Assembly: GCA_963620965.1 (NCBI GenBank)
Contig: CAVFCJ010000001.1
Span: 1 to 44,084, forward strand
Length of the DNA: 44,084 nt
DNA from: a bacterium
GTDB taxonomy: Bacteria; Bacillota; Clostridia; Christensenellales; CAG-917
Direction: 5' to 3'
Shown: positions 18,801 to 30,800 of the stretch, piece after piece
How the letters are laid out: every line of letters begins with the position of its first letter
How positions within the stretch are numbered: position 1 is the first letter of the stretch
The notes under the pieces: generated by a model
What the model was told of the DNA's origin: nothing
What the model saw: only the letters and a program-made list of their open reading frames with translations
Databases searched by the model: none
Position numbers and translations under genes: made by a program

Positions 18801-21800
18801 AACGTATCCACCACAATCGAGCGATTTGCGTAGTCGGACATAAACATAATGTTTCTGTTAACGACGTACACTTCTATTTCGCCGGTTTCGACGTTGGCGT
18901 TCTTGCCCGCGTTGTACTTGTAGGTCACCGCAACTTTGAACTTCTTGCCGAAGGACGAAGCGATGTTGTCATAGAACGCTTGATCATCTAATTCGTATTC
19001 GACAATGGCGTATTGCGTGTTATCGCTGCCGCTGACGTTGACTTCTTGCAAACTGCCCGATTCAAAGAGCGTGCCGCTCTTTGCATACGGATCAAGGACG
19101 TATTTTTGTCCTGCCGCAAGACCGGTGATGCCTGCGGATTCGACCTTTACAGCCACATTCACAACACTTTCGAGCACGACTTCGTCGCCGTCTTTGGATG
19201 TGATTGTGAGAGCCATATTGCCGTCAAAGCCGCTCTGTGCGGTGTAGTCGTCGCTCCATGCAAGCGTGACGGGGATGGTCTTTGTGCCGACCTTGACGTT
19301 TGCGCTCTTGGGCAAGCCTTGATAGAAGTTGTCTTTTGCAACATTGATTGCAAAGTTGTCTGCCTTGTAGCCGCCCGTAAGTTTGTCAATCGTAAAGTCG
19401 TTGTTGATTGTCACGGTGTAGTCGCTGTAAATATCTTGACCTTCAACGTATACGCCGAGCACATACATCTTGCGAGTGAAACTGCCCTGATTGATTTCGT
19501 CCGCAGTCGGCATAGCCGTGCTCTCCCAGTGGATAGGAACGTTGTAATATGTCGTGTCGCCGACTTTGACGGTTGCGGTGCGAGCAAACTCGAACTTGTC
19601 GAATACGTCGTAGTTGCGGCTCATTCCGTTCGGTTCGATTGTTACGTTCGTATTGAAGCCTTCAAGATAAATCTTTGCAGTGAACGCACCTGCGCTCGGA
19701 TAGCGCATGGAAAGTCCGTCGAAGAAGAAGTACTCGCGCTCAACGTACAACTTGCCGTCCTCGTCCGACTTCAATTCGTCTTTGTTAGGAGCAGCATAGT
19801 CAACCCACTTGACGTCAATGGTGATTTCGCCGACGCCTTGTGCGGTTTGTACGGTCGCTTTGCTTGGCAACTTCCACTCGTTAAACACGTTGTAGTTGAA
19901 TTGCAACATGTCGCCGTCCGTGCCTGCGACTTTGCCGTCTACAAATGCGAGTGTTGTGTCGCTCATCGTGCCGTCTGTGAACTCATAACTCGGGATGTTG
20001 ACGTTGAATTGAACTTTATCGTTGCCTATCGTCATATAGACGGTTTGCACTTTGTCGGTGCCGTCGATGCCCTTGCTCGAAACGACAGTGTCAAACGCTC
20101 TGACGTATGCGATGTAGGAATCGCCCTTAACCAAGTTGATCTTGACAGGCGTGCCGCCGATCGCGTCGCCCCAATCGCTCGTCTTGAAGTAGTCGCTCGG
20201 GTTGGTTGCGAAGTTGATCGGATCGATGCCGAACGCAGTGCCGTCACTGACGTGCGTTTGTTGATATACACTGCCGGTGTAGTTGCTTATATCCGCAAGT
20301 TTTGCTTTGAGCTCGGCAAGTTTCGCTTCGTCGTTTGCATACTTTCTGACATATGCCGCAACGTCGCCGATTGTCTCGTCATAGAAGAAGTTTACGGATT
20401 GTATGGTTTGTTGTTCGACGTTGAGTCGGAGGGTGATCTTTTGCGCCGAATAAATAGGCTCGCCGTTCTCGTCCGTCTTGCCAGTGTTGACAAGCGCGAG
20501 TTTCGTGCCGTTCTTCGTGCCGTCCGCAGTTGCGTAGGCTTCGACTTGCGCGTAAATCGTACCGCCGTCAAAGATGTTTTGTTGCGATTTGAGTTTCGTG
20601 CAAGCGGCGTTGGTGTAATACTGCACCGTCGTCCAGTCGGGGAACATAGTGTACGTGTTCATACCGACAGAAACGTTGAACTTTTCATAGGCCTCGCTCT
20701 CGTACCAAGTCGGGTTGAGAGTGTTGTCATGCTCGACAGTGAGCGACACGGCCGAAGGCTTAATTTCGTTCACTTCGATGGGAACGTAAACCTCTTGCTT
20801 GCCGCTGTACTCTGTGCCGATGACGAGTTTTGCATAGAGCGGATATGTCCTTTGATTGCTGTAACCCTCATAGGTGATTTCGTCGGACTTGAGGTCATGC
20901 ACACCGTTGCTGTACGCATTGTGATAGGTTTCGCCCACCTTGATGAACGGTGCTTCGACAAAGAGTCCGTTGCCGACAGTCAAGTTTTCGACGCTCGTGT
21001 TGCCCTGTGCGTCTTTGACGTTGATTTGGTATGCCGTGCCGAAGGAATCAGCCGTTATATTCTCATATTGATATTGATCGAATACGAGCGATTTTGCCAT
21101 CGAATCGAACACATAGGGTTTGATTACGATTCTGACATCGACTTCTTGTGCAAACTTGCCTGCGAAGCTCTCGCTCTTGCCGACAAAGCCCGTCTTGTCT
21201 GTAGAGGTAGACGTCTTTGTCACCGACGTGAAGATGCTGAATCTATCGCCGCCGACCTTTGCCTTGATTGTCACGTCAAGACCCTTGTAGAAGTTTACGA
21301 CAGCGTTGCCGTTCGAATCTTTGGTGGTGATTGCTTGAAGCGCTTTTTCGAGTTCTGCCGTATCCCACTCGACGTCGAAGCCCGACATCGAACTTTCGCT
21401 TGTAAACTTGCCGCTTACATATTTGAAGCCGCTCAGATATGTCACAAGGTTTTGCATATCGGCATCGATATCCATAGCCTTAATTTCGAGAACCGTCGTG
21501 TAGTTTCCGTCAGAATCGCGTTCGCTCTTGAGCGTTTGCGAAGTCGTGCCGCTTGCGTCCGTAGACATTGACGTGAGCCTTGAAATCTTGTAGTTCTTCG
21601 CGGTCAACGAAATTGTGTCTTCAACTGCCTTGCCAAGACCCCATTGGTATGTGAATCCGACTTGGACAGTGCTGGTTGCGCCACTTGACCAATCGGTGGA
21701 GCCTTGCCAATCGTACTTGAAGTCGTCGGTGTTCCAATCGATTGTTCCTGCAGGGAACGCTTTGCCCGTGGGCAACTTGCTGCGGCTGAGGACATAGTAT

Positions 21801-24800
21801 TCGACTTGAGTGCCGTCCTCGTTTGAAACCTTAACCGTCTTGTAAACGTCGTTGCCGTTGCTGTCCTTTTCAGTCACAAGACCTGCGATGTATGCAGGCA
21901 TCAGCAAGAACTTGTTGCCGTCCGTATTGACGTTTGCTTCTGCGCCAGCGGTGATTTCATCTGCCGTGGGTTGAACAAGAATCTGATAGGCACTGCCGTT
22001 GATTGTTTCAGACGGCGCACTGCTTATCGGGTCGATGATTGCATACGCCATGTTGCCTGCAGAATCCTTGAGGTAGGTTGCAAACGTCTGCTTACCGCCC
22101 GTTCTGAACGGAATTCTCACAAGGTCGGGCAATTCCGCCATATACTTGGAACTGTTGGTGTCGATGTCGATTCCCAGTGCCTTTTCGGTATACTTGCCGT
22201 TTATGTTGTAGTATCCCTTGATGGATTGCGTTTGTGCTTCCTTGTCGTTGGTGACGTAGACGGGGATTGCATAAAGCACCACGTTGAGTGCGTAGCCGTA
22301 TACATAACCTGCAAGTCGTCTGCCGTTTTCGTCTTCGGAAGTTGCCGCAGTCAAATCGACGGTTGCCGCATCCCAAACGATTTGCGAGCCGGGTGCGTCA
22401 TTGTAACTGCCTGAGTTGTCATAGGACACCATTTGTTTTCCGCTAAGGACAACGGGGAATTTGACGTTGGCATATTGCGGGAACACCGTTGCGTCCAAGA
22501 ACGCACTGTCGCGCAAGGTGATAGCCGTTGTCGAACCGTCAGCCTTCACCGCATTGCCCGATCTGGTTGCCGGATCGTCGATGACGATTTCGGATGGCGG
22601 TGTGACTTGGGTTGCGATTGGGTCTGCACTTTCCGCCTCGTCGAAATACAACAAACCGGTGTTGAATGTATTGTCAACCGTGCTGTACGGCGTGATGCGA
22701 ATCATAAAGAAGTCCCACGCCTCTCCCAAATTCGTTGTAGTGCCGGATGCACCACCGCCGTTTGCCATGGTGCTCATGGAACTCATTGTGGTGGTTTTTG
22801 CTTTGTTGTACTTCATCGATTCCGACGCGCCGATGCCGGTCTTCTCTGCATTGACCATAATTTCGATGGCTTGAATGCCGGGTTTTACGGTTTGACCGCT
22901 CGTGCAGCCGTATTCGCTTGCCGTCGGATTGAGGTCGATATAGAGATTGATGGACGGATCGATGTCGCCGGTTGCAAACGGAATGGGAAGAATGCCGCCG
23001 AGAAGGAAGTTCAAGTCTTCGATGACTTCGCTTGCAACATTCTTGATTGTGCCGAAACTAAGCGATACGCCTGCCGCGTCGAGTGCAAACAGCAATGCCC
23101 ACTTTGTCATAGACACAGGCAATGATCTAGCAATCGGTTCCAAATACTCAACTTTTTCATCCGTTGAAGCATTCCTGTCAACCATACCTTGAAGCGTATT
23201 GAAAATATTGGTGATTTCATTGGATTTTCCAACACCACTGATGAGGACATCGCCTATCTCGTGTTGTTCCCAAACCAAACCACTCGTTGTTTCGTAGCCA
23301 CGCGCCTGTTGAACGTCGCCGAAATACGCTTCATTATCTTTTTCAACCACATCTTTCATCAAGCCGAGAACCACAGTTATAACCTTGATGATAAGTTCAT
23401 TGTAAGCGTCCTTGTTGAGTTTGACCTTGACGGAAATCTTGCCTGCGCCGTTGGACACTGCGGTTGCACCGCTGAAATACGGCCAATATCCGTTGTCGTT
23501 GAACAAGTTGACCTCAATGCTCTTGATGAGATTTTCAAGGTTGAGAGGATATGTGTAGCCGGAATCTGCCGCTGCCGTAGCGGTGTCCGAAGCCGTCTTT
23601 GCAGTCGGATATTCATAGGTTGCGTCGTCGCCGTCAGTGCCTTTTACGAGCGCGAGAAGCGGCGAACTACCGAGCATACTGCCGAGGTCAAGACAGTTGA
23701 GTGCGGAAATCAACGGTGCGACCGTACCGACCAAGCCGCCCGAAGGAAGCGTGATGTTGGTGATAAAGATGTTGTTGCCACCCAATATTGCGGAAAGTCC
23801 GGTATCTGCCCTATTGCTCTCCAAATCAAGACGAATATTGTATTTTTGAGGTGAAGAATCCGGGATATTGGTTGACGTGAGAACCTTTTTGCCGCTGAGC
23901 GTTATGCTGGAATCCTGATACAACGTAGCAACACCTTTTGCCTGCGTCAACTGCCACACTTTGTTTTGGATGTTAATGGAAAGACCCGGCTTCAAACTGT
24001 CAATGACGTTTTGGACAAGGGACATCAAGCCCGACGTCTTCGAATAGGTCAAGCCGGTGTAGCCTGTCTTGACTTCTTCGATGAGGTTTTCATTGTCCAC
24101 CATGCTCTTGCCCAAGGCAATGTCAAAGTCGCTTATCTTGATGTTCGCGCCCGTGCCAACACTGTCGAGTTGCGCGTTGAGGTTGATTGAATCCAGTCCC
24201 TTTGCGCCGAGGTTCACGTCAAGTTTGACCGATTTGATGGGCGGAAGTTCGATGTCGCCAAGGTCGAGTCCGAGCATTCCGATAAGCGTTGTGATAAACG
24301 CATTGTCAAACGTCACACCGAGACGTCCGTTTTGGATGTCGACTTGCAAGTAAAGCGCATTGCTTGCCGCAGTGTCTGCGTCGGATGTCGTTGCGTCTGC
24401 GCTTACGCTTGCGCCGGATGCCGCCTTTGCGTCATAACTCGGAGTTGCACCGAGCAAACCTGCGATGCCTTGAAGTTTGATTTTGCCAAGGCCCAAGCCG
24501 CTGGCGTCAATGTAGAGTGCATCGGAATAGATTTCATTGGATGTATATGTGGCACTTGTTGCCACACTGAGTTCCCAGTTCGTGCCGTTCTTCTTCATAA
24601 GTCTGGACGAGCCGAGATAGTAGAGACTGATAAGATTGCTGCCTACGGGTTTGCCCAACGAGATGTCAACTGCGATGTCGCTGTACAAAATGCCGCCGAT
24701 GCCGTATGCGAGAATAGGCGCAAGGTTGACGTTTGCAGCGATGTCAATGGTGAGGTTGATCTCGTTTGCCATCGTGATGTTGACGTCGGCAAGAGTGTAC

Positions 24801-27800
24801 TTGTAGTAAGTCGTGCCGCTGACATACGTCTTTTCGGAGTGGAGGATGTAGTCGCCACTCGAATTTTTGGTGTAGACCTTGCCCGTATAGACCGACGAGC
24901 CGTCGTTGAGCGTGTTTGCGTCCACATATGTAAGTGCAGTAAACTTGCCCAAGAGTGCCGTGCCGCCAAGCAGATTTGCAAGCAAATCTTGCACCCAGCC
25001 TGCCAACGATTCATCGTAGCCGTTTTGTCCGGGTTTGAGATTCTTTGACGTCATAGTGAGGTTGAGCGACGCTTTGAGACCGATTGTAGGCAAATTGAGC
25101 GAGGATATGTCAAACGTACCCGTGCCATTGATGAGAGAGTCGAGGTCGAGAGAGAGAATTTCGATATAATCTCTCGGCACTTGTGCCGTGTGAGTGTGTC
25201 TGTAATACGTCTTGCTTTCGTCAACGGGGTTTTCGTCGAGGACATACTCGCCTGCTGCATTCTTGACATATTTTTCTTGCGACGGATTTGCTGCAAGTTC
25301 ATCTTGCGTGAGTTGCTTATAGAACTTCTTGTCTTCAGTGGAAAGTCCGAAGTGAGTCGCAATGCTCTCGCTTATGTCTTTTGTGATGCTTGCAGACGGA
25401 ATGTCGAGGCAGAAGTACAAGCCGTCGCTGAATCTAAGATTCAAGCTGATAGTAGTCTTGCCGCTTGTTGCGTCCATTCTGACAAGCAAGTCGCCGATGT
25501 CGGGGATCAAATCCTTTTGTTCGAGTCCGCGAATCGCCATAATCTTCTTGTAGATCGCGTTGACAAAGTCCGCATTGAGTTGCAGCAAGAGTTTTTGCGG
25601 CGTGACGTTGATCATAAAGTATGCGTAATCCTTCAAATGATCTTTGTTTTCTTCGATTGTGCCGATATCGTCTTTGCTTGCAATGCTTGCGCCGGACGCG
25701 TCGGTTGCGTCATCTTCGGCAAGGAACTTGCCGAGCACGCCTTCGAGCAAACCGTCAAGGTTGAGGTCGGTCACCGCAATCTTCGCCGTTTCGCCGAGTA
25801 TGCCGCTGAGGTCGACGTACACTGCGTTTTCAACAAGGTAAAGTCCAAGCAACGTCTTTTCGGTCGCCATGCTTGCCGTCTTCTTGTTGAGTTCGAGTCC
25901 GAGTTCCACTTTGTAAGTTTCAACATCGATGTTCGCAACAAGGTCGAGCGTGAGGAACGCGCCGCTGTTGTTGCCGAATTCGTTGGCGATGTTGAGTTTG
26001 AGTTGAGAGCCGCTGATTGCGCTGTTGGGGTTGATGAGCCCCATGATCAAGTCGAGGATTTCGCTCAAATCAATTATGTTGGCGTTGCCCGCATTGCCGC
26101 TGCTGTACATCGAAATTTCAATGGACATCTCGAGATGCGCCGTTGCGTTTTGCAACTTCACATAGTTGCCGTAGGACGCTTGTTTTGCGTAATGCACTTC
26201 TTCGATGTCCGCATCCGTTGCAAGACGATACGTTCCGCCCGCATCCTTGACGTATTCGCCGTCTTTGGATTCGACATAGACGTACTTGATGGAATTGTCT
26301 GCGTTTCTGTCGGCAAATTTCTCGTCTTTGTCGACGGAGAAGTCTTTGTTGACCGTCGCATAGAGTTTGCCAAGGGAAATTGCGATTGCGAAGTCGCCTT
26401 GTTTGAGATATGCGCCCTTCGTATCGCTTGCGGTGTGCTTTGTAAATGTATTTGTCGCCGCGACGTAGTCGTAGGTGTCGCCTGCCCATGCCGGATATGC
26501 GTACGCAACGAGTGCGTAATCGTCGGTGGATACGAGGACATATGTGTTGTCGTCATCTGCGCCATTGCCAACTGTGTATTCGCCGTCCGATTCCTTCTTG
26601 AACGTTGCGCCCGACCAGTCGCTTCCCTTGAAGTACTTGCCGCTTGCGCCGTACATCGCATTGTAGTTGTTGACCGTCTCATAGTAGAGCGTGCCGACCT
26701 TGAAGCCGAGGTTGATGTCGATACTGGGCGAGTTGCCGTAGAAGTTGATGGTGATACCGCTGGTGTCCTTCGTGTCGGTTGTGTAGAGTTTTGGCAAGAA
26801 CTCGCTGATGCCTTGAAGCACTGCGCTGTCGCTGTCCGCAAGCATACCGACGAGGTCTGCGATAAGAGTTTCGTTGAGTCCGACCGTGATAAAGTCGTTT
26901 GCGATGAGCAATCTGCCGAGAACGACGTTGAGAATGCTCCAGATGTTTGCAGGAATCAAACCGGTGTTGACTTCCTCCTCGTCGTCCGCCGCCGTCAACG
27001 CTTGCGCACTTGCGGTGGTTGCGATGCTGCCGAGTATGCTCGAAAGATCGAGACCGTCGACAACGCCGTAGGAGAAGAAGTCGCCCCAACCGACAATGTC
27101 GCCGATTTGGCTCGCGTCGATGTTGAGATAGAGTTTGCCGTCTTTCACTTCAACCCACAAGAGCGCCTTGGGCTTCTCGTTGCCGTGGAAGTTGGTTTCA
27201 TACGTCAACTCGAGATAAATCTTCGCACCTTCGAGAACTTGCAGGATGCCCACGCTGTTGTCGCCTGCGATCATCTTGACGAGGTTTGCCGTCTTCAAAT
27301 ACACTTTGAGATCGAGGTTCAAGCCGATGAGGCTTTGGAATTCCTTGCTGTTTTCAAGCGAGGTCGCGATGAAGTAGAAGTATTCGCCGATTTGCGGATC
27401 GTCAATGAACTGCGTGAATTGATACGTCCAGTTGATGACGTCGTCGAGCGTCATTCTGATGTCGAGGTTCAAGCCGAGTTCGACGCATTCGAGGTCGGCA
27501 AGTACGCTTGCAACGTCAAACGTGCCGCCGCCGAGCAAATCGCCGAGATTGAGCGCCAACGCTTTGGTGTAGTTGGTGAAATCGGTGACTTGTTTGTAGA
27601 CCTTGACGTTCGGATATTGCGCTGCGAAAGCATCCGCTTCGCTCATATCGGTGTATCCGTTTTCGTTGGGGTCGATCGGATAGTACTCTTGTCCGTTGTA
27701 CACAACCTTTTTGCCCGTTTCGTATGCGGATGCGCCGGTATAGTCGCTTGCAAGAGCGTATTGCAAATTGCCCTCGCCCGTGAAGCCTTGAAGGATGTCT

Positions 27801-30800
27801 TTGTCCGTCTTGACGAAGTTGCCGTTGTTGTCAACCGTGTAGAGCGTGCCCGTGAAGGTTGCAAATTGCTCGCTCTTGACAAGGTTTCTGTACTCTCTGT
27901 AAGTGTCTTCGTCGAGATTGTTGTTGCCTGCGATGTCGTTGAGGCGTTTGTAAACAAGCACATACACGCCTTCAACGTCGGTATAAATGTCGCCTTCGTA
28001 TGCCAACTGTCTCGAAGCAAGCACTTCGCTCATAACGGGCGCGGCTTTCATATATCTGTCTTCGGGACCTGCAACCGTCTTGCCGTCTGCGTCTTTGCCC
28101 GTGTAGAGCTCGCCGTCCGCATTTTCGATATAATCGTAACCCGTCGTCGGGTCATGGAAGAGTTTGACGTAGTCTTTGGCGTTGTAGTTCTTTCCGTAGT
28201 AGTTGTCGTAATCCGTGTTGCCGTTGTCGCGGTAGAAGTTCGCATAGTAGAAGATTGCGTTGGAGCCTTGTTGCATTGCCAAAATGTCTTCTTTTCTACC
28301 AAACTCTATGGACGAGGATTCGCCCTCCACGCCGTTGAGCCCTTGAATGTTGAGTCCGAGATTGAGCACGGGGATATCGCCCTCCTCGTTGAAGAGGATT
28401 GCGCCTATCGTGATGTCGTACGGATTGAGGTTTTGTTTGAGATATACCTTGAGGTTGGGCAACATATCCGCAATGCTTGCGTTGTCGGGCAAAAGTTCTC
28501 TGATGAGGACTTTCGCAAAGCCCGACGTGACGTTGAGCGCAAGAGCGTTGGTGAATATGTTGACAAACAAACTCGTCGTGTCTGCGCTTTGTTTGTCGGG
28601 GTTGAGCGCCGTCACGCTGTCGGAAGCAACGGACGCATCGGTTGCGCTCGCGTCTTCGCCGATGCCTGCCACAAGACCTGTGATCACATCTTCGAGAGAG
28701 TACTCGCTCATATCCACAAAGAGTTTTGCGTCTTTGCCGAGCAATGCCTCGGCGTCAACATACAGACCCGCTTTGCCAGTGTCTTTGTCGTTGTCATAAT
28801 AGATGCCGAGGATGTGGGGCTTGGTGCCGTCGAGGAGTTTGCCGCTGTAGTTGTTTGCGTCTCTGTCTTCGCTCGTGACATAATTGCCGTTTTCCATCAA
28901 GTCGTTCTGTTCGCCCCAAACGTCGATTGCAACGTCAAGGTCGCGAACGTCGATGCCGAACGACGGGAGAATGTAGAGTTTGAAGCCGAGGTTCAATCTG
29001 AGCGAGAAGTAGACGTTGAACGTCATATCCTCTGTGATTTGGATTTTGCCGGTCATTGCGCCGAGCAAACTGCCCAAAACGTCGCCGAGTGCTTCGTTCA
29101 CGCCGCTGTACTTCTCGTCAAGTTCTCCGTTTAGCAAAACATACAAACCGTTGTTGGCTTTGAGCGTTGCGATTTCTGTTGTATCGGTGACTTTGACGTA
29201 GTCGCCTTGGAACTTCTTGTATGCAATCTTCGCAAGAACGCTGTCCGGAACTTCCTGATACAAACTCTCATCGGTTATCTTGTTGACGACAGAGTTGTAC
29301 ACTCCCTTGTACGTTGCATAGTCGAAGTAAATCTTGCCCGCTTGCAAGAACAGGCTGCCTCTCAATGCAAGAGAGATGTAGTAGAGATTGTCGCTGTCAA
29401 CGTACTCCTTGTATGCGTAATCCGCATATTCGGGCTTATTGAAGTCGGGTTGTTGAATCGAACTTGCCTGTTGAACTTTGATGTAGTAGTTTTCGGACTC
29501 GCAAGCGTCGGTTGCGGACAGAAGAACTTTCTTTTGGGAATTGTATGTGTTCTTCTTGTAGACAAACGTTCTTTGCAGACGCACATACGCAGTTTTTGCC
29601 GTGTTTTCGACGTAGTATTCCTTATCGTTGTTCTCGATTTCCGCGATGAAGTCGGGGAACAAAGCCCAATCCGTCACAATCGGATTTGCGTTTTCGTCCA
29701 CCGCTGCGGCAGGAATATATTTCGTGCCGTTCTTGACAAACAACGAATCTTTGGTGATTGCGATAAGTTCGCCTCTATACTCGTAGTAACGAGGACCTGC
29801 GTAGTTTTCAGCATCCGAGTACTTTTGCACATCGAATTTGCCTGTTCCGTCGTAGTAATCGAACTTCCAGTTGCTCAAGCCGTCGGCTTCTTTGTCAACG
29901 CTGGTGTAGATGTCTTCGTCGGTGTTGACGTAGCGTGCGCCCGCCGCAATGCTCTTGATCGAGTACTGTGGATCTGCCGACGCGGCATCGTCAATGGCTT
30001 CTTGTCTCGTGATGTATTGGAACTCGGTGACGCTCACAGACGGTGCGTTGATTGCAACCGACAACTTGTGATTCCACAAATAGAGGTTGACAGAGAGGAA
30101 CTCGTTACGCGATTTAAGCGGAATGACAACGCTCAAAGAGCCTCTTGCTTGCTTGTATTCCGTCTTCACCGTGCCACCTTCCGTTGTGGTGAATTTTTCG
30201 TAAAGGAGCGGAACCTTGGAGCCGCGATCGAGCAAGTCTGCAACTTTTTCGCTGTTGTTGATTTGCGATTGCGTTGCGTCTGCGTAGAGAATATATGTGT
30301 CGCTGCCTTGCAACTTGATGTAGGTGTCGACTCTCTTTATGTCGTAGTAACTTGCAGTGCCTGCTTCAACCTTTGCGTCATATGCTTTGCGCTCGACGGT
30401 GGCCATTTCGGATTTTTGAGCATAAGAGCCGTCTTCCGCCTTGTAGTAAACGCCTTGTTTAGATGCGCCGGTTCCCTTGTATTCGGTGATGTCATACAGG
30501 TATTTGGACTTGCCCAAAACTTTTTCGATTTCTCTTCTCGCCGCCTTCTTTTCATCGTTTGTCGCGCTGGTGTCATATGCCTCGATAAACTTCGTGACGA
30601 CATTCTCTGCCGTATCATACGCATATCTCGTGTTGTCCGTGTAAAGCGTGACGTTGGGTTGGTTGACAAACTTCGCTTCGTCGAATTGGATCGCATTTTC
30701 GCCCATTACGAGAGAGAGAATGCTGTTGATATAGTCTGTGTTGGCAATAACTTTGATGTATCTCGACGTGATTTGCAAGCCATATGCAAACGTTCTGATG

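Noticed and set aside
21761-21775. An LPTGK string in the giant protein as a sortase (LPXTG) sorting signal.
   Set aside because: It lies about 2,000 aa from the C-terminus, with no following hydrophobic helix or positive tail. The true C-terminus (..DMATITING) has no sorting signal.
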